Made by a program: the position numbers and the translations under genes | Part shown: one piece after another, positions 10,263 to 18,949 of the stretch | Numbering within the stretch: position 1 is the first letter of the stretch | Layout of the letters: every line of letters starts with the position of its first letter | Assembly: GCA_963736055.1 (NCBI GenBank) | Contig: CAVTNM010000008.1 | Span: 1,012,599-1,076,598 of the forward strand | Source of the DNA: an uncultured Actinomycetes bacterium | Lineage (GTDB): Bacteria; Actinomycetota; Thermoleophilia; Gaiellales; Gaiellaceae | Length of the DNA stretch: 64,000 nt | Reading direction: 5' to 3' | Notes under the pieces: generated by a model | Database searches by the model: none | What the model was told of the DNA's origin: nothing | Seen by the model: only the letters and a program-made list of their open reading frames with translations

Positions 10263-11842
10263 GCGCGGCTGCCGACGAGCGCCTGCTCGGGCGGGCCGCG
10301 CGGATCGCGAAGGTTCTCGGCAAGTACGGGTTCAACGAGGCCCGTCGCGACTCCGACCCGCCGGAGGCCCGCGCGCGGCGGCTGCGACAGGCCCTCGAGG
10401 AGCTGGGCCCGACCTTCGCCAAGCTCGGCCAGATCCTCTCGACGCGCCCGGACCTGATCCCGCCCGAGGCGGTGGCCGAGCTCGCGGCGCTCCAGGACCA
10501 GGTCACGCCGCTCGACGAGCACGAGGTCGTGATCGTGATGGAGCAGGAGCTGGGCGTGCCGTGGGAGGACGTCTTCGCGTCGATCGAGGCGGAGCCGCTC
10601 GCCGCCGGAACGATCGGCCAGGTCCACCGGGCCGTGCTCGACAACGGCGAGCGTGTGGTCGTCAAGGTGCAGCGGCCGACCGCGGAGAACGACATCATGC
10701 GCGACCTCAGCCTGCTCGAGCTCTTCGCCCAGAAGACCGCGAATCGCCAGGCGCTGCGCCAGATCGTGGACCTGCCTGCAGCGATCGAGCACCTCTCGGA
10801 GTCGCTGCGCCGCGAGCTCGACTTCGAGCTCGAGGCCTCGAACGTCGAGCGCCTGCGCGCTGCGCTGGGCGCCTTCCCGCGGCTCGGCGCGCCGCGCGTC
10901 TACGAGGAGCTCTCGACCAGCCGCCTGCTCGTGCTCGAGGAGATCCCCGGCGTGGCGGTCCGCGACATCCCCGACGGGCCCGAGCGCACAGAGTCGGCCC
11001 GGCAGCTGCTCGAGTGCTACTACCGCCAGATCCTCGTCGAGGGGTTCTTCCACGCCGACCCCCACCCCGGGAACATGCTCTGGTGGAACGAGCGGATCTA
11101 CTTCCTCGACTTCGGCATGGTCGGCGAGCTCTCGCCCGAGATGCGCGGCCAATTGCTGCTCCTGCTGCTCGCGTTCTGGCAGGAGGACGTGCCATTCATG
11201 ACCGAGGTCGTGCTGATCATGGCCGGCCCCGAGGGCGAGGACGCCGACGCGACCGGGCTCGAGGCCGACCTGACGCAGCTGCTGCGCCGCTACCGCCACG
11301 CCTCGCTGGGCGAAATCTCCCTCGGTCCGCTGCTCCAGGAGGTCGCGCACACCTCGACCCAGCACGGCGTGCGGCTGCCGGCCTCGCTGGTGCTGACCGG
11401 CAAGGCGCTCGCGCAGATGCAGCTGGCCGCAACCGAGCTCGACCCGGAGCTCGACCCGTTCTCGGTCGTCGGGCGCTTCCTGATGAAGAATCTCGTCGCC
11501 CGCGCCCAGGCAGGCGCCGACCCAAAGCGGCTCTTCTACGACGTGCAGAAGCTGAAGGTGCGCGGAGAGCGGCTGGTCGAGTCGTTCGAGCGGATCTCGG
11601 GCGCACGGCCCGGTCAGCGCCTTCAGGTCGACGTGCGCGGGATCAGGCCGCTGGAGCACACGGTGACGGTCGCGGCTCGACGACTGGCGCTCGCGATCAC
11701 CGCCGGCTCCGCCCTCGTTGCCACCGGGACGACCGCCGCAGCGCAAAACGTCGAGCGCTGGGTGCCGTCGAGCCTCGGGGCGCTCGCCGGAGGTCTGACG
11801 CTGCTCCTGCTCCTCGACCTGTTCCGGGGCCGGAAGGGCTAG
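10259..11842 (+). CDS. ABC1/UbiB (AarF) atypical kinase family protein with C-terminal TM segments
   Basis: GTG 10259 overlaps the USP stop (GTGA). LGPTFAKLGQILSTRPDLIP...AAGTIGQVHRAVL..GERVVVKVQRP...FFHADPHPGNMLW...LDFGMVG. Confidence 0.85.
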   Translation: MSAAADERLLGRAARIAKVLGKYGFNEARRDSDPPEARARRLRQALEELGPTFAKLGQILSTRPDLIPPEAVAELAALQDQVTPLDEHEVVIVMEQELGVPWEDVFASIEAEPLAAGTIGQVHRAVLDNGERVVVKVQRPTAENDIMRDLSLLELFAQKTANRQALRQIVDLPAAIEHLSESLRRELDFELEASNVERLRAALGAFPRLGAPRVYEELSTSRLLVLEEIPGVAVRDIPDGPERTESARQLLECYYRQILVEGFFHADPHPGNMLWWNERIYFLDFGMVGELSPEMRGQLLLLLLAFWQEDVPFMTEVVLIMAGPEGEDADATGLEADLTQLLRRYRHASLGEISLGPLLQEVAHTSTQHGVRLPASLVLTGKALAQMQLAATELDPELDPFSVVGRFLMKNLVARAQAGADPKRLFYDVQKLKVRGERLVESFERISGARPGQRLQVDVRGIRPLEHTVTVAARRLALAITAGSALVATGTTAAAQNVERWVPSSLGALAGGLTLLLLLDLFRGRKG

Positions 11843-11940
11843 CGCCGCTTCGCCATCGCCTTGACGATCCGGCGCTCCACCAGGAACGCGACCGCGCTCA
11901 TCAGCACCCCCAGGATCGCCCGCTCGAACCGTCTCCGCAT
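11839..11940 (-). CDS. Possible 33-aa small membrane protein
   Basis: ATG 11940 encodes MRRRFERAILGVLMSAVAFLVERRIVKAMAKRR, ending at TAG. It lies downstream of the DUF6510 gene. No homology argument; too short for the ORF track. Confidence 0.2.
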   Translation of the reverse strand: MRRRFERAILGVLMSAVAFLVERRIVKAMAKRR

Positions 11941-11950
11941 GCTGGCGACC

Positions 11951-12214
11951 CTAGCCGAGCTCGAGGCCGCTGGTCCCGCCGAGGTCGATCCACGTGCGGG
12001 TCGGGCTCCGGACGATCCTGATCATCACGTTCTCGCAGTGACGGCAGCGGACGACGACGCCCGGGGCATGCAGATAGACGTCGAGGCGCGCCATCTCCTC
12101 GCGCGCGCCGCAACCGCCGCACACGCAGGGCGCGGCGGTCAGGTCGGCGCCGAGGAGCTCGTACAGGAGCCCGCCGATCGCGTTTCCGTCGAGGAGCAGG
12201 TCGCGGGTCTCCAT
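11951..12214 (-). CDS. DUF6510 family protein (Cys-rich, zinc-ribbon-like)
   Basis: 87 aa with CVCGGCG...CRHC. The ATG overlaps the upstream TGA by 1 nt. This is the usual partner of the MsrP-like/FNR-like pair in actinobacteria (from memory). Confidence 0.7.
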   Translation of the reverse strand: METRDLLLDGNAIGGLLYELLGADLTAAPCVCGGCGAREEMARLDVYLHAPGVVVRCRHCENVMIRIVRSPTRTWIDLGGTSGLELG

Positions 12215-12955
12215 CAGCCCGTCGCTCCGAAACGCTCGGTCCGAATCCAGCGCGGGTCGTAGCCGAGGCGCACGAGCCCGTCGGCTGCAGCGTCGACGAA
12301 CCGGGTCGAGCCGCAGACGAAGACCTTCGGCTCGTCCTCCACGGGCCAGGCGACGTCACGGAGGAGCTCGTCGTCGATTCGCCGGCCGTAGCCGGTCCAG
12401 CCGGGCGGCTGCTCGCGGGTGAGCGTGTGCACCACCTCGAAGCCGTTTCCGGCACGCGCCTCGAGCTCGTCCCGGTAGATCACGTCCTCCAGTGTGCGCG
12501 AGGAGAAGAGCAGCCGCATCGGCGTGCTGCCTCCCTCGACGCGCGCGGTTGCGCGCCATCGACATCAGCGGCACGACACCCGAACCTCCCGCGACCAGCA
12601 GCACCGGCGAGGAGTCTCCCGGCTCCCAGACGAAGTAGCCGCCGATCGGGCCGCGCACCTCGAACGAGTCGCCTCCCCGGGCTTCGTCCACGAGGTACGG
12701 CGAGACCTCGCCGTCGTCGAGCCGCTCGACGGTCAGGGCGAGCGGCTCACCGGGCGCGGAGGCGATCGAGTAGCTCCGCTCGGCCTGGTAGCCGTCCTCC
12801 GCGGTCAGGCGCACGTCGAGGTGCTGGCCGGCGACGTGGCCCGGCCAGCCGGAGGCCTCGAGCTCGAGCGTCTTGACCCGCGGCGTCTCCCAGCTTCCTC
12901 CCGCCACCTCGGCGGTGAGCCAGGTCAGTCGCCCCAGTACCGCTGTTCTAGCCAC
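12214..12955 (-). pseudogene. FNR-like FAD/NAD(P)-binding oxidoreductase (ferredoxin reductase-type), 1-nt frameshift
   Basis: The N-part is in the frame of ORF 12356..13390 (LTWLTAEVAGGSWETPRVKTLELE...RSYSIAS...LLVAGGSGVVPLMSMARNRA). The C-part is ORF 12214..12519 (MRLLFSSRTLEDVIYRDELE...VFVCGSTRFV). The span is 742 nt, which is 3n+1. Junction at about 12535-12545. Confidence 0.8.
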
Positions 12956-13521
12956 GGATCCCCCCGCAGGTGGTAGCCGTTGGTCTCCCAGAAGCCCGGC
13001 TCGTCGTTGTCTCGCAAGGTGAGCCCGCGGACCCACTTGGCGCTCTTCCAGAAGTAGAGGTGCGGCACGAGCAGCCTGGCGGGCCCGCCGTGTTCGGCCT
13101 CGAGCGGTTCGCCGCCGTAGCGGAATGCCACCCAGGCCTTGCCGTCGGTCACGTCCTCGAGCGGCAGGTTGGTCGTGTAGCCGCCGTCGCTGAAGGCGAG
13201 CACGTACTCGGCGTCGTGCTCGACCTGGTCCAGGAGGGTGTCGACCGAGACGCCCTCCCAGACCGTGTCGAGCTTCGACCATTTGGTGACGCAGTGGATG
13301 TCCTTCGTGACCGTCTCGGTCGGGAGCCGGCGGAACTCGTCCCAGCTCCAGCTCACCGGCTCGGCGCCGCCCTCGATCGAGAATGTCCACTCTTCGAGCG
13401 GCGTGTGCGGCGTCGGCCCGGCGGAAAGCACGGGGAAGTCGTCTGTCAGGTACTGGCCGGGCGGGACGCGGTCGGGCGGGCCGTCTTGTCGCCGCCCTCT
13501 GAACCCTCGCGAGATGATCAT
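12925..13521 (-). CDS. Sulfite-oxidase-like / MsrP-like molybdopterin-dependent oxidoreductase
   Basis: ATG 13521 (MIISRGF...). GQYLTDDFPVLSAGPTP...KDIHCVTKWSKLDTVWEGV...HGGPARLLVPHLYFWKSAKWV. Confidence 0.85.
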   Translation of the reverse strand: MIISRGFRGRRQDGPPDRVPPGQYLTDDFPVLSAGPTPHTPLEEWTFSIEGGAEPVSWSWDEFRRLPTETVTKDIHCVTKWSKLDTVWEGVSVDTLLDQVEHDAEYVLAFSDGGYTTNLPLEDVTDGKAWVAFRYGGEPLEAEHGGPARLLVPHLYFWKSAKWVRGLTLRDNDEPGFWETNGYHLRGDPWLEQRYWGD

Positions 13522-13525
13522 CCGC

Positions 13526-14542
13526 TCAACTCGCCGCGAGCCCGGCGACCGTAGCGGGGACACCTTCGAACTCGCCCACGGGCGCGAGGCTGCCGTCGTC
13601 GCCGACCGTCCAGCCGAACACCCGCTGCGCGTCCGCGTCGATCGCGTAGAGGTGACGGCCGTCTCGGCTGATCGCCTCGTCGCGGATGCCCTTCTCGCCG
13701 AGCCGGGTCGAAGCGGCGACCGGCTCGAGCAACTCGATGCTGCCGTCGCCGCCGATCGCGTAGCTCGAGATCGTCCCGTCGCCGAAGTTCGTCACGTAGG
13801 CAAAGCGCCCGTCGTTCGTGATGGCGGCCCAGCAGACCTCGCTCCGCGTGTCGCCGATCGAGGCGCTGACCGGTGCCAGCCGGCCGGGCTCGTCGATCGA
13901 GTAGGAGGATGCCGCGGCAGCGCCGACCTCGCCGCCGAAGGCCTCCGTCACGATCACGGCGCCCTCCGCGAAGCCGAAGCCGTAGGGCGTGGCGCCCGAG
14001 GAGGCGATCGTGGCCGGGCCGTCCGCCTTCCCGCGCTCGTCGATGGTGAACGTGCTGATGCTGTTCGTGCCCCGCTCGGTGACGACGATCGTCCGTCCGT
14101 CTGGGCTGAATGCGATCTGCGCCGGATCGGCGCCGTCCTCGAGTTTCCTCGACGAGCCGACCAACGGAGTTAGGGCGCCGCCCGCGAGCGAGAAGCCGCT
14201 GATCCCGGGCTCGCCGTTGTTGAGGACGTAAGCGATCTCGCCGTGCGCCGCGATGCTGGTCGGCGTCCTCCCGCCGGAAGGTGCCGTTGCCACGAGCAGC
14301 AGCCCGTCGGGCTCGACTTCGAACAATGAGATCTCGTCGCTGCCGGTGTTCGTGACCAGCAGCAGCGTGCCGTCGTCGTTCAGCACCACCGAGCTCTGCG
14401 ACGGCAGATGCGGCTTGCCGGTCCCGCGCCCGCCGGTGTCAAAGGTGCCCAGCTGCTCGAGCCGGCCGTCGGCCGAGCGGTCGAACGCGACGATCTCGTT
14501 TCGCTTCGCGTCGTTCGTCTGTACGTAGATCCGTTCGGTCAT
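13526..14542 (-). CDS. Lactonase-family (YncE/6-phosphogluconolactonase-like) beta-propeller protein
   Basis: 338 aa. Repeated motifs: ...GG.GT.HL....DG..L.V.N..S..IS.F, and FSPDGRTIVVTERGTNSISTF. Confidence 0.8.
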   Translation of the reverse strand: MTERIYVQTNDAKRNEIVAFDRSADGRLEQLGTFDTGGRGTGKPHLPSQSSVVLNDDGTLLLVTNTGSDEISLFEVEPDGLLLVATAPSGGRTPTSIAAHGEIAYVLNNGEPGISGFSLAGGALTPLVGSSRKLEDGADPAQIAFSPDGRTIVVTERGTNSISTFTIDERGKADGPATIASSGATPYGFGFAEGAVIVTEAFGGEVGAAAASSYSIDEPGRLAPVSASIGDTRSEVCWAAITNDGRFAYVTNFGDGTISSYAIGGDGSIELLEPVAASTRLGEKGIRDEAISRDGRHLYAIDADAQRVFGWTVGDDGSLAPVGEFEGVPATVAGLAAS

Positions 14543-14608
14543 CTCGTTCCTTTCGCGACCCCGTGATTGCCAACTACGTCACGGCTGGAGCCTCAGCGTT
14601 ACGCGGCG

Positions 14609-15730
14609 CTAGCGACGCGGGACGATGAAGGCCGCGCTCCCGATGCTCCGGTAGTTGGCGAACGAGCGCCTTCCGATGCCCTCCCAGACGTACCAGCGGT
14701 ACTTCGCATGTGTGAGGCGGTAGCGGTGGCCGGCCCAGCGCCAGGTGTCCGGGAGCACCAGCTCGGGCCGGTTCGGCCAGGCCGCCAGCACACGCTTTGC
14801 GCCCCGGAAGAGCTGTACGTGGTAGTAGGTGGCGCCGCGCGCAGCCGGCCAGCGGAGCACCGGGTTGGCCGCAGCCCGCGGGGTGTACGGCGTCTTGCGG
14901 AGCGTCAGGACCTTGGGGAGCGCGACCGCCGAGACCGCCTTCGAGGCATTCCCCGCCTGGTCGTAAGCCTGGAGCGAGTAGACGTACTCGAGGCCTCTCT
15001 GGATCTTGGTGTCGGCGTAGCTCACGGCGGTTCCCTTGAACACGGTCGCCTGCGCCTTGTTTCCTCGTGCCGACCGGCGGACGAGCACCGTGTCCGACGG
15101 GCTCGTCGAGGCCCAGTGCAGGAGCTCGGAGCCGGCGCGGCTCGTTACCCCGACCTTGCTCAGGGCCGGAGCCGTCGCGTCGTAGTGCAGGCCGAAGGCG
15201 TTCGCTCCGGTGTTCCCGGCCTTGTCCCGGCAGACGCCGGCGACGGCCGCGTTCGCGCTGTCCGGGCCTTTGTAGGTCATCTGGGAGCACGACGCGATCC
15301 CCGAGCCTCCGTCGGTCCCGGCGAACGTCACGGCGACCGGGTGGTTGTACCAGCCGTTCGCGTCAGGGGCCCGCTGCGGCTTGGCGGTCGTGACGAGCGG
15401 GGCTGTCTTGTCGATCTTGATCGTGACCGAACGCGACGCGGGCACTCCGTTGATGTCGACGGCCGCGCACGACTGCACGCTCCCGGCTGTGTCGTTGAAC
15501 AGCGTTGTCGACACGCAGCCGCTCGTGGCCATCCCGTCTGTCACCCAGACGATGCGCACGGTGGAGCGATACCAGCCGTTGTCCCCCTGGGTGGCGGTCA
15601 GCGTGTACGAGATGTCGGGTCCCGCGGCGGCGGCTGCGGAGACAACGACACCGGAGACCACGATTAGGGCGAGCGCAAGCGGGACTCGTGTCCCGATCCG
15701 CCGCAGCAACGGAGTCGGATTCCTACGCAT
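14609..15730 (-). CDS. Secreted protein with Ig-like/fibronectin-III-like domains
   Basis: ATG 15730 preceded by GGGAGGGG. Signal peptide MRRNPTPLLRRIGTRVPLALALIVVSGVVVSAAAAA. GWYRSTV/GWYNHPV motifs, a YVYSLQAYDQAGN (FN3-like) motif and a Trp/Tyr-rich C-terminus. Confidence 0.65.
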   Translation of the reverse strand: MRRNPTPLLRRIGTRVPLALALIVVSGVVVSAAAAAGPDISYTLTATQGDNGWYRSTVRIVWVTDGMATSGCVSTTLFNDTAGSVQSCAAVDINGVPASRSVTIKIDKTAPLVTTAKPQRAPDANGWYNHPVAVTFAGTDGGSGIASCSQMTYKGPDSANAAVAGVCRDKAGNTGANAFGLHYDATAPALSKVGVTSRAGSELLHWASTSPSDTVLVRRSARGNKAQATVFKGTAVSYADTKIQRGLEYVYSLQAYDQAGNASKAVSAVALPKVLTLRKTPYTPRAAANPVLRWPAARGATYYHVQLFRGAKRVLAAWPNRPELVLPDTWRWAGHRYRLTHAKYRWYVWEGIGRRSFANYRSIGSAAFIVPRR

Positions 15731-15781
15731 GGCCCCTCCCGAGTGCTCTCTTGAAAGCATAACTCGCTGCAAATCGGGTTG

Positions 15782-16660
15782 TCATTGCTGCCTCGGATAC
15801 GCGAGCGGCGCCGGCGGAGCGCTATGGCTGCTCGGTGCGGGAAGCGGCGCCGGGCCGCCCCCGCTGGGTGACGGAGTGCTCGGACGCTGGGTCGCGGTCG
15901 ATGTCGCGGGCGCGGTGGTGGTGCGAACGACCTGAACCGCCAGGTCGCGGCCGGACTGGGACGTGTTCGGGCGGACGGGCGGCGAGACGCGGCGAACCCT
16001 CCGCCGGATCGGCCGCGCAGGCTTCGTTTTCGCACGGGTGACGCTGGGCCTGGGCGTGCTGACCGCGTCGCGGGCGGCCGTTCGGTTGTCCGGAGCCGCG
16101 ACGGCGCGTCCGGCCGGTGTGTGCCGGTTGTGCTGGAAGACGGCACCGGCGACTCCGAGGAGCACTGCCGCGGAGACGGTCGCGACAGCTGCCCAGCGCA
16201 AGAGCGGCCGGAAGGAGGGTGTTGGCCGACGGCGCGGCGCCGCTCGGGCGGGCCGGGAGAACCCGAGGTCCGCAGCCCAGAAGCCGATTCCGCCGTAGCG
16301 GCTGGCTGCCACGTAGAGGTCGGTATGGCCGGCCGCCTTGAAGTCGCCGGCCGAAGGCCACGTCGTCCGGCTGCCGCAGAACTCGACGAGAGCCGCACGA
16401 ATGCGCTTGTTCGTCCAGTGGCGCTGGGAGGGCTGCGACCGGCGCGGCAGGCGGTAACGGGTCGAACGTCCGCCGCCGAGCCGCTCGACCAGGCCGGCCT
16501 GGACGAGCTCCGCGAGATCGTAGGCAGCCTGCGAGCGGCTCACCCCGGTGAGCTGCTGGTACTCCCCGCGCGTGAGCTCTTCGGCCGTTCCCTCGTTCAG
16601 GGCGGCCAACGCGTCCCGCTGTGCGGGCTTCAACTCGTTTCGACCGGCCCTGTGCGGCAT
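15782..16660 (-). CDS. Membrane-tethered winged-HTH protein with Pro-rich extracytoplasmic tail
   Basis: N-terminus ELTRGEYQQLTGVSRSQAAYDLAELVQAGLVERLGGGRSTRYRL (Fic-C-terminal-type wHTH). WTNKRIRAALVEFCG...DFKAAGHTDLYVAASRYGGIGFWAADLGF repeat. One TM segment (LLRWAAVATVSAAVLLGVAGAVF), then a P/T/R-rich tail. Confidence 0.6.
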   Translation of the reverse strand: MPHRAGRNELKPAQRDALAALNEGTAEELTRGEYQQLTGVSRSQAAYDLAELVQAGLVERLGGGRSTRYRLPRRSQPSQRHWTNKRIRAALVEFCGSRTTWPSAGDFKAAGHTDLYVAASRYGGIGFWAADLGFSRPARAAPRRRPTPSFRPLLRWAAVATVSAAVLLGVAGAVFQHNRHTPAGRAVAAPDNRTAARDAVSTPRPSVTRAKTKPARPIRRRVRRVSPPVRPNTSQSGRDLAVQVVRTTTAPATSTATQRPSTPSPSGGGPAPLPAPSSHSAPPAPLAYPRQQ

Positions 16661-16812
16661 CGTGCCCTCCCCAGGTCACGCAGAAGCCGTGCAGGTCCAA
16701 CTGTAGCGCAGTTTCGGCGAAACGATAGATCCGAGCCATCGCCGGCCGGTTGAAATCGCGATTTTCACCGCTCCAGGCCGCGAAACGTCGCATTCTCAGG
16801 GCTCTGGAGGCT

Positions 16813-16842
16813 TTCGTCCAACCGCCTGAGCTATTCGTCCAA
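16813..16842 (+). promoter_or_regulatory. Direct repeat TTCGTCCAA-N12-TTCGTCCAA (21-bp phase) in a low-GC divergent intergenic region
   Basis: Exact 9-mers at 16813-16821 and 16834-16842. The surrounding region 16780-16985 is visibly AT-richer than the rest of the window. Confidence 0.3.
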
Positions 16843-16988
16843 TGAAATGTTGTTAGAAATGTTTTACGCCTCTGGATTTGATTGTAAACGTAAGCGCTAG
16901 AGTCGTGAATTCGCAAAAGATTAGTGGAAATCACGGAGTCACTCTGGTAGCCTCAATTACGGCAGTCGAGTTTCTTACGCGCGTGAAA

Positions 16989-18014
16989 ATGGAGACCGTG
17001 ACCTCTTCGCCCCGCCCGCGCCTCCTCGGATGGCGAGCTCGCCTGTGCCTCGCGGCCGCGCTGTGTGCGCTGTATCCGCTGGCGGCGGCAGGCACTGCGA
17101 TGGCGGACGATGTGGTGCCGACGCTCCCGCCGCTCACGCAGAGCGCCACGACGGATCAGGGATCGGCCGCAAACGGCGTGGTTACGCAGTCTGGAGCCGA
17201 CAACCTGGTGATCTCGATCCGCATCGACAGCCCGGGCAACGACGGCCCGATCTCCCAGTCGAATCTCGCGACGGGCGCGGTCGGAGCCGGAAACGGCAGC
17301 GGCACGTCGCAGGCCGGCGGAGCCCAGCCGGGCGGCAGCCAGCAGGCCGCGACCGGGCAAGAAGCAGGTGCAACGGGCGAGGTTTCGCAGTCCCAACCGA
17401 AAAATGTCGTCATTTCCGTTCGAGTCAACAGCCCGGGCAACAACGGACCGATCGCGCAGACGAACATCGCGGGCGTGGGCGTTGATGCGATCAACGGAAG
17501 TGCCACCGATCAAGCGGGCGGAAAGCCCGCCGGGGAGACGCCCAGGACAGCAGTGCCTCGAGCGCACCCCTTGCGGCACGGAGCAGCGCCCGCCGAGGCA
17601 GCTCGCGGCACGAAGACCGCTGCAGAGGCACGCAGCAGTCAGCCGGCGCCTCGGCGGAGCGCTCCCGCACCCCATCCCGCCGTAAGCCAGGCGGAAAAGT
17701 CGCTCGGGCGGCCGGTCAGCGGAGCCGCAGCCGCTCAAACCGCCGGTTTTCCGGCGGCGGCCGCCCGGGCGTCCGGTAACGAACAAGCGCCACGGCACGC
17801 TGCACAGGCCGGCGCGCTTCGGCGCGCGGCGGCGACCGTTCTCGGGCCGGTCGAGCGCGTGCGGCTCCCGGCGGTGACCCCGCCGGCCGGTCAGCGGGCC
17901 GAGGGGGCCGGCCTGCTGACCCTCAGTGCCGTCGCGTTGCTCGGAGCACTGCTCGTGTGGCTCGTTTCGTCGCGGGTGGGACCGCTTCGCACCGCCCGGG
18001 GACGGCGGGCATGA
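16989..18014 (+). CDS. Secreted repeat protein P1 (SPGNxGPIxQxN repeats, Ala/Pro stalk, C-terminal TM anchor)
   Basis: ATG 16989. Signal peptide ending AMA|DD. NLVISIRIDSPGNDGPISQSNLA and NVVISVRVNSPGNNGPIAQTNIA repeats. C-terminus LLTLSAVALLGALLVWLVSS..RGRRA. Confidence 0.6.
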   Translation: METVTSSPRPRLLGWRARLCLAAALCALYPLAAAGTAMADDVVPTLPPLTQSATTDQGSAANGVVTQSGADNLVISIRIDSPGNDGPISQSNLATGAVGAGNGSGTSQAGGAQPGGSQQAATGQEAGATGEVSQSQPKNVVISVRVNSPGNNGPIAQTNIAGVGVDAINGSATDQAGGKPAGETPRTAVPRAHPLRHGAAPAEAARGTKTAAEARSSQPAPRRSAPAPHPAVSQAEKSLGRPVSGAAAAQTAGFPAAAARASGNEQAPRHAAQAGALRRAAATVLGPVERVRLPAVTPPAGQRAEGAGLLTLSAVALLGALLVWLVSSRVGPLRTARGRRA

Positions 18015-18847
18015 GGAACCGGACGAATAGCGGCGGTCGATTGGACGATTACGGACGAAACCGCAGCACCCAAGCCGATCTCGGCCCCCGTTGCAACACG
18101 CTTCTGAAGGGCTGCGCGGTAGCCGTCGCAGTCCTGGCCGCGGCCAGCCTGCATGTCGGCTCCGCGCGGGCGGCCGGCGAGGCGGTCCCGACCGACCTTT
18201 CCGCACAGGTCGACGAAATCGTCTCGTCGGCGCTCGCCACGGCGCAGGCACCCTCGAGCGAGGCGCCGGCCAGGGCGACGAATCTCGTCAACCAGGCCAT
18301 GGCGCTCGCCAACAACGCCGCTGCGGAGGCGACAGCGAGGGCAGCGCCGCTGGTGCCCCAGAGCGCCGGCGCGGAGGTGCCGGTCTCGACCGCGGCCTCG
18401 AACGAGCTCGGCACGCCTGCGCGCACGCCGCCTGCGCGGTCGCGTCACGCGCGCGCGAGGAAACACGCCCATGCGCCGGCGCCTCGCCCAAAGACCCAGG
18501 CTCGGACGATTCCGGGCTTCGCCCCCTCTCACGGCTCCGCGCTCTCAACCTCTCCCCCCACGGCGAGGTCTTTGTCGTTCTCGCCGAAGCGAGCGGCGAA
18601 GACCTCGCCGCGCCCGGAGCGCTCGGCGCCGCCCGAGCATCCGCGGCCGCCGGGGCCGATGCCTCCGAGACCGGATGCCTCGTCGGCCGGCCAGAGCGGG
18701 GGCCAGAACGCGCCGGTGCCGCTGTTACTTGCGGTGGTGCTTGGTGTGTTGCTCGTCTTTGGATTCCAATTTCTGCCTCGCCTGCTTCCGTTATTGGCCT
18801 TCCGGAAGCCGAGGCGCATCGTTCTCCCCTCCTGGCACCCGGGCTGA
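18011..18847 (+). CDS. Secreted/anchored Ala- and Pro-rich protein P2
   Basis: ATG 18011 overlaps the P1 stop (ATGA). Hydrophobic leader CAVAVAVLAAASLHVGSARA. C-terminal TM segment PLLLAVVLGVLLVFGF. Low complexity, so the frame is less certain. Confidence 0.5.
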   Translation: MRNRTNSGGRLDDYGRNRSTQADLGPRCNTLLKGCAVAVAVLAAASLHVGSARAAGEAVPTDLSAQVDEIVSSALATAQAPSSEAPARATNLVNQAMALANNAAAEATARAAPLVPQSAGAEVPVSTAASNELGTPARTPPARSRHARARKHAHAPAPRPKTQARTIPGFAPSHGSALSTSPPTARSLSFSPKRAAKTSPRPERSAPPEHPRPPGPMPPRPDASSAGQSGGQNAPVPLLLAVVLGVLLVFGFQFLPRLLPLLAFRKPRRIVLPSWHPG

Positions 18848-18949
18848 CGCCCTTCTCCGGCCATACGGAGCGTGCCGTTCTGCGACGGCGCGCCGACGTA
18901 CGCGCGCTGTTCTGCGACAGCGCGTAGCCCCTACGACCAAGGAGAAGGG

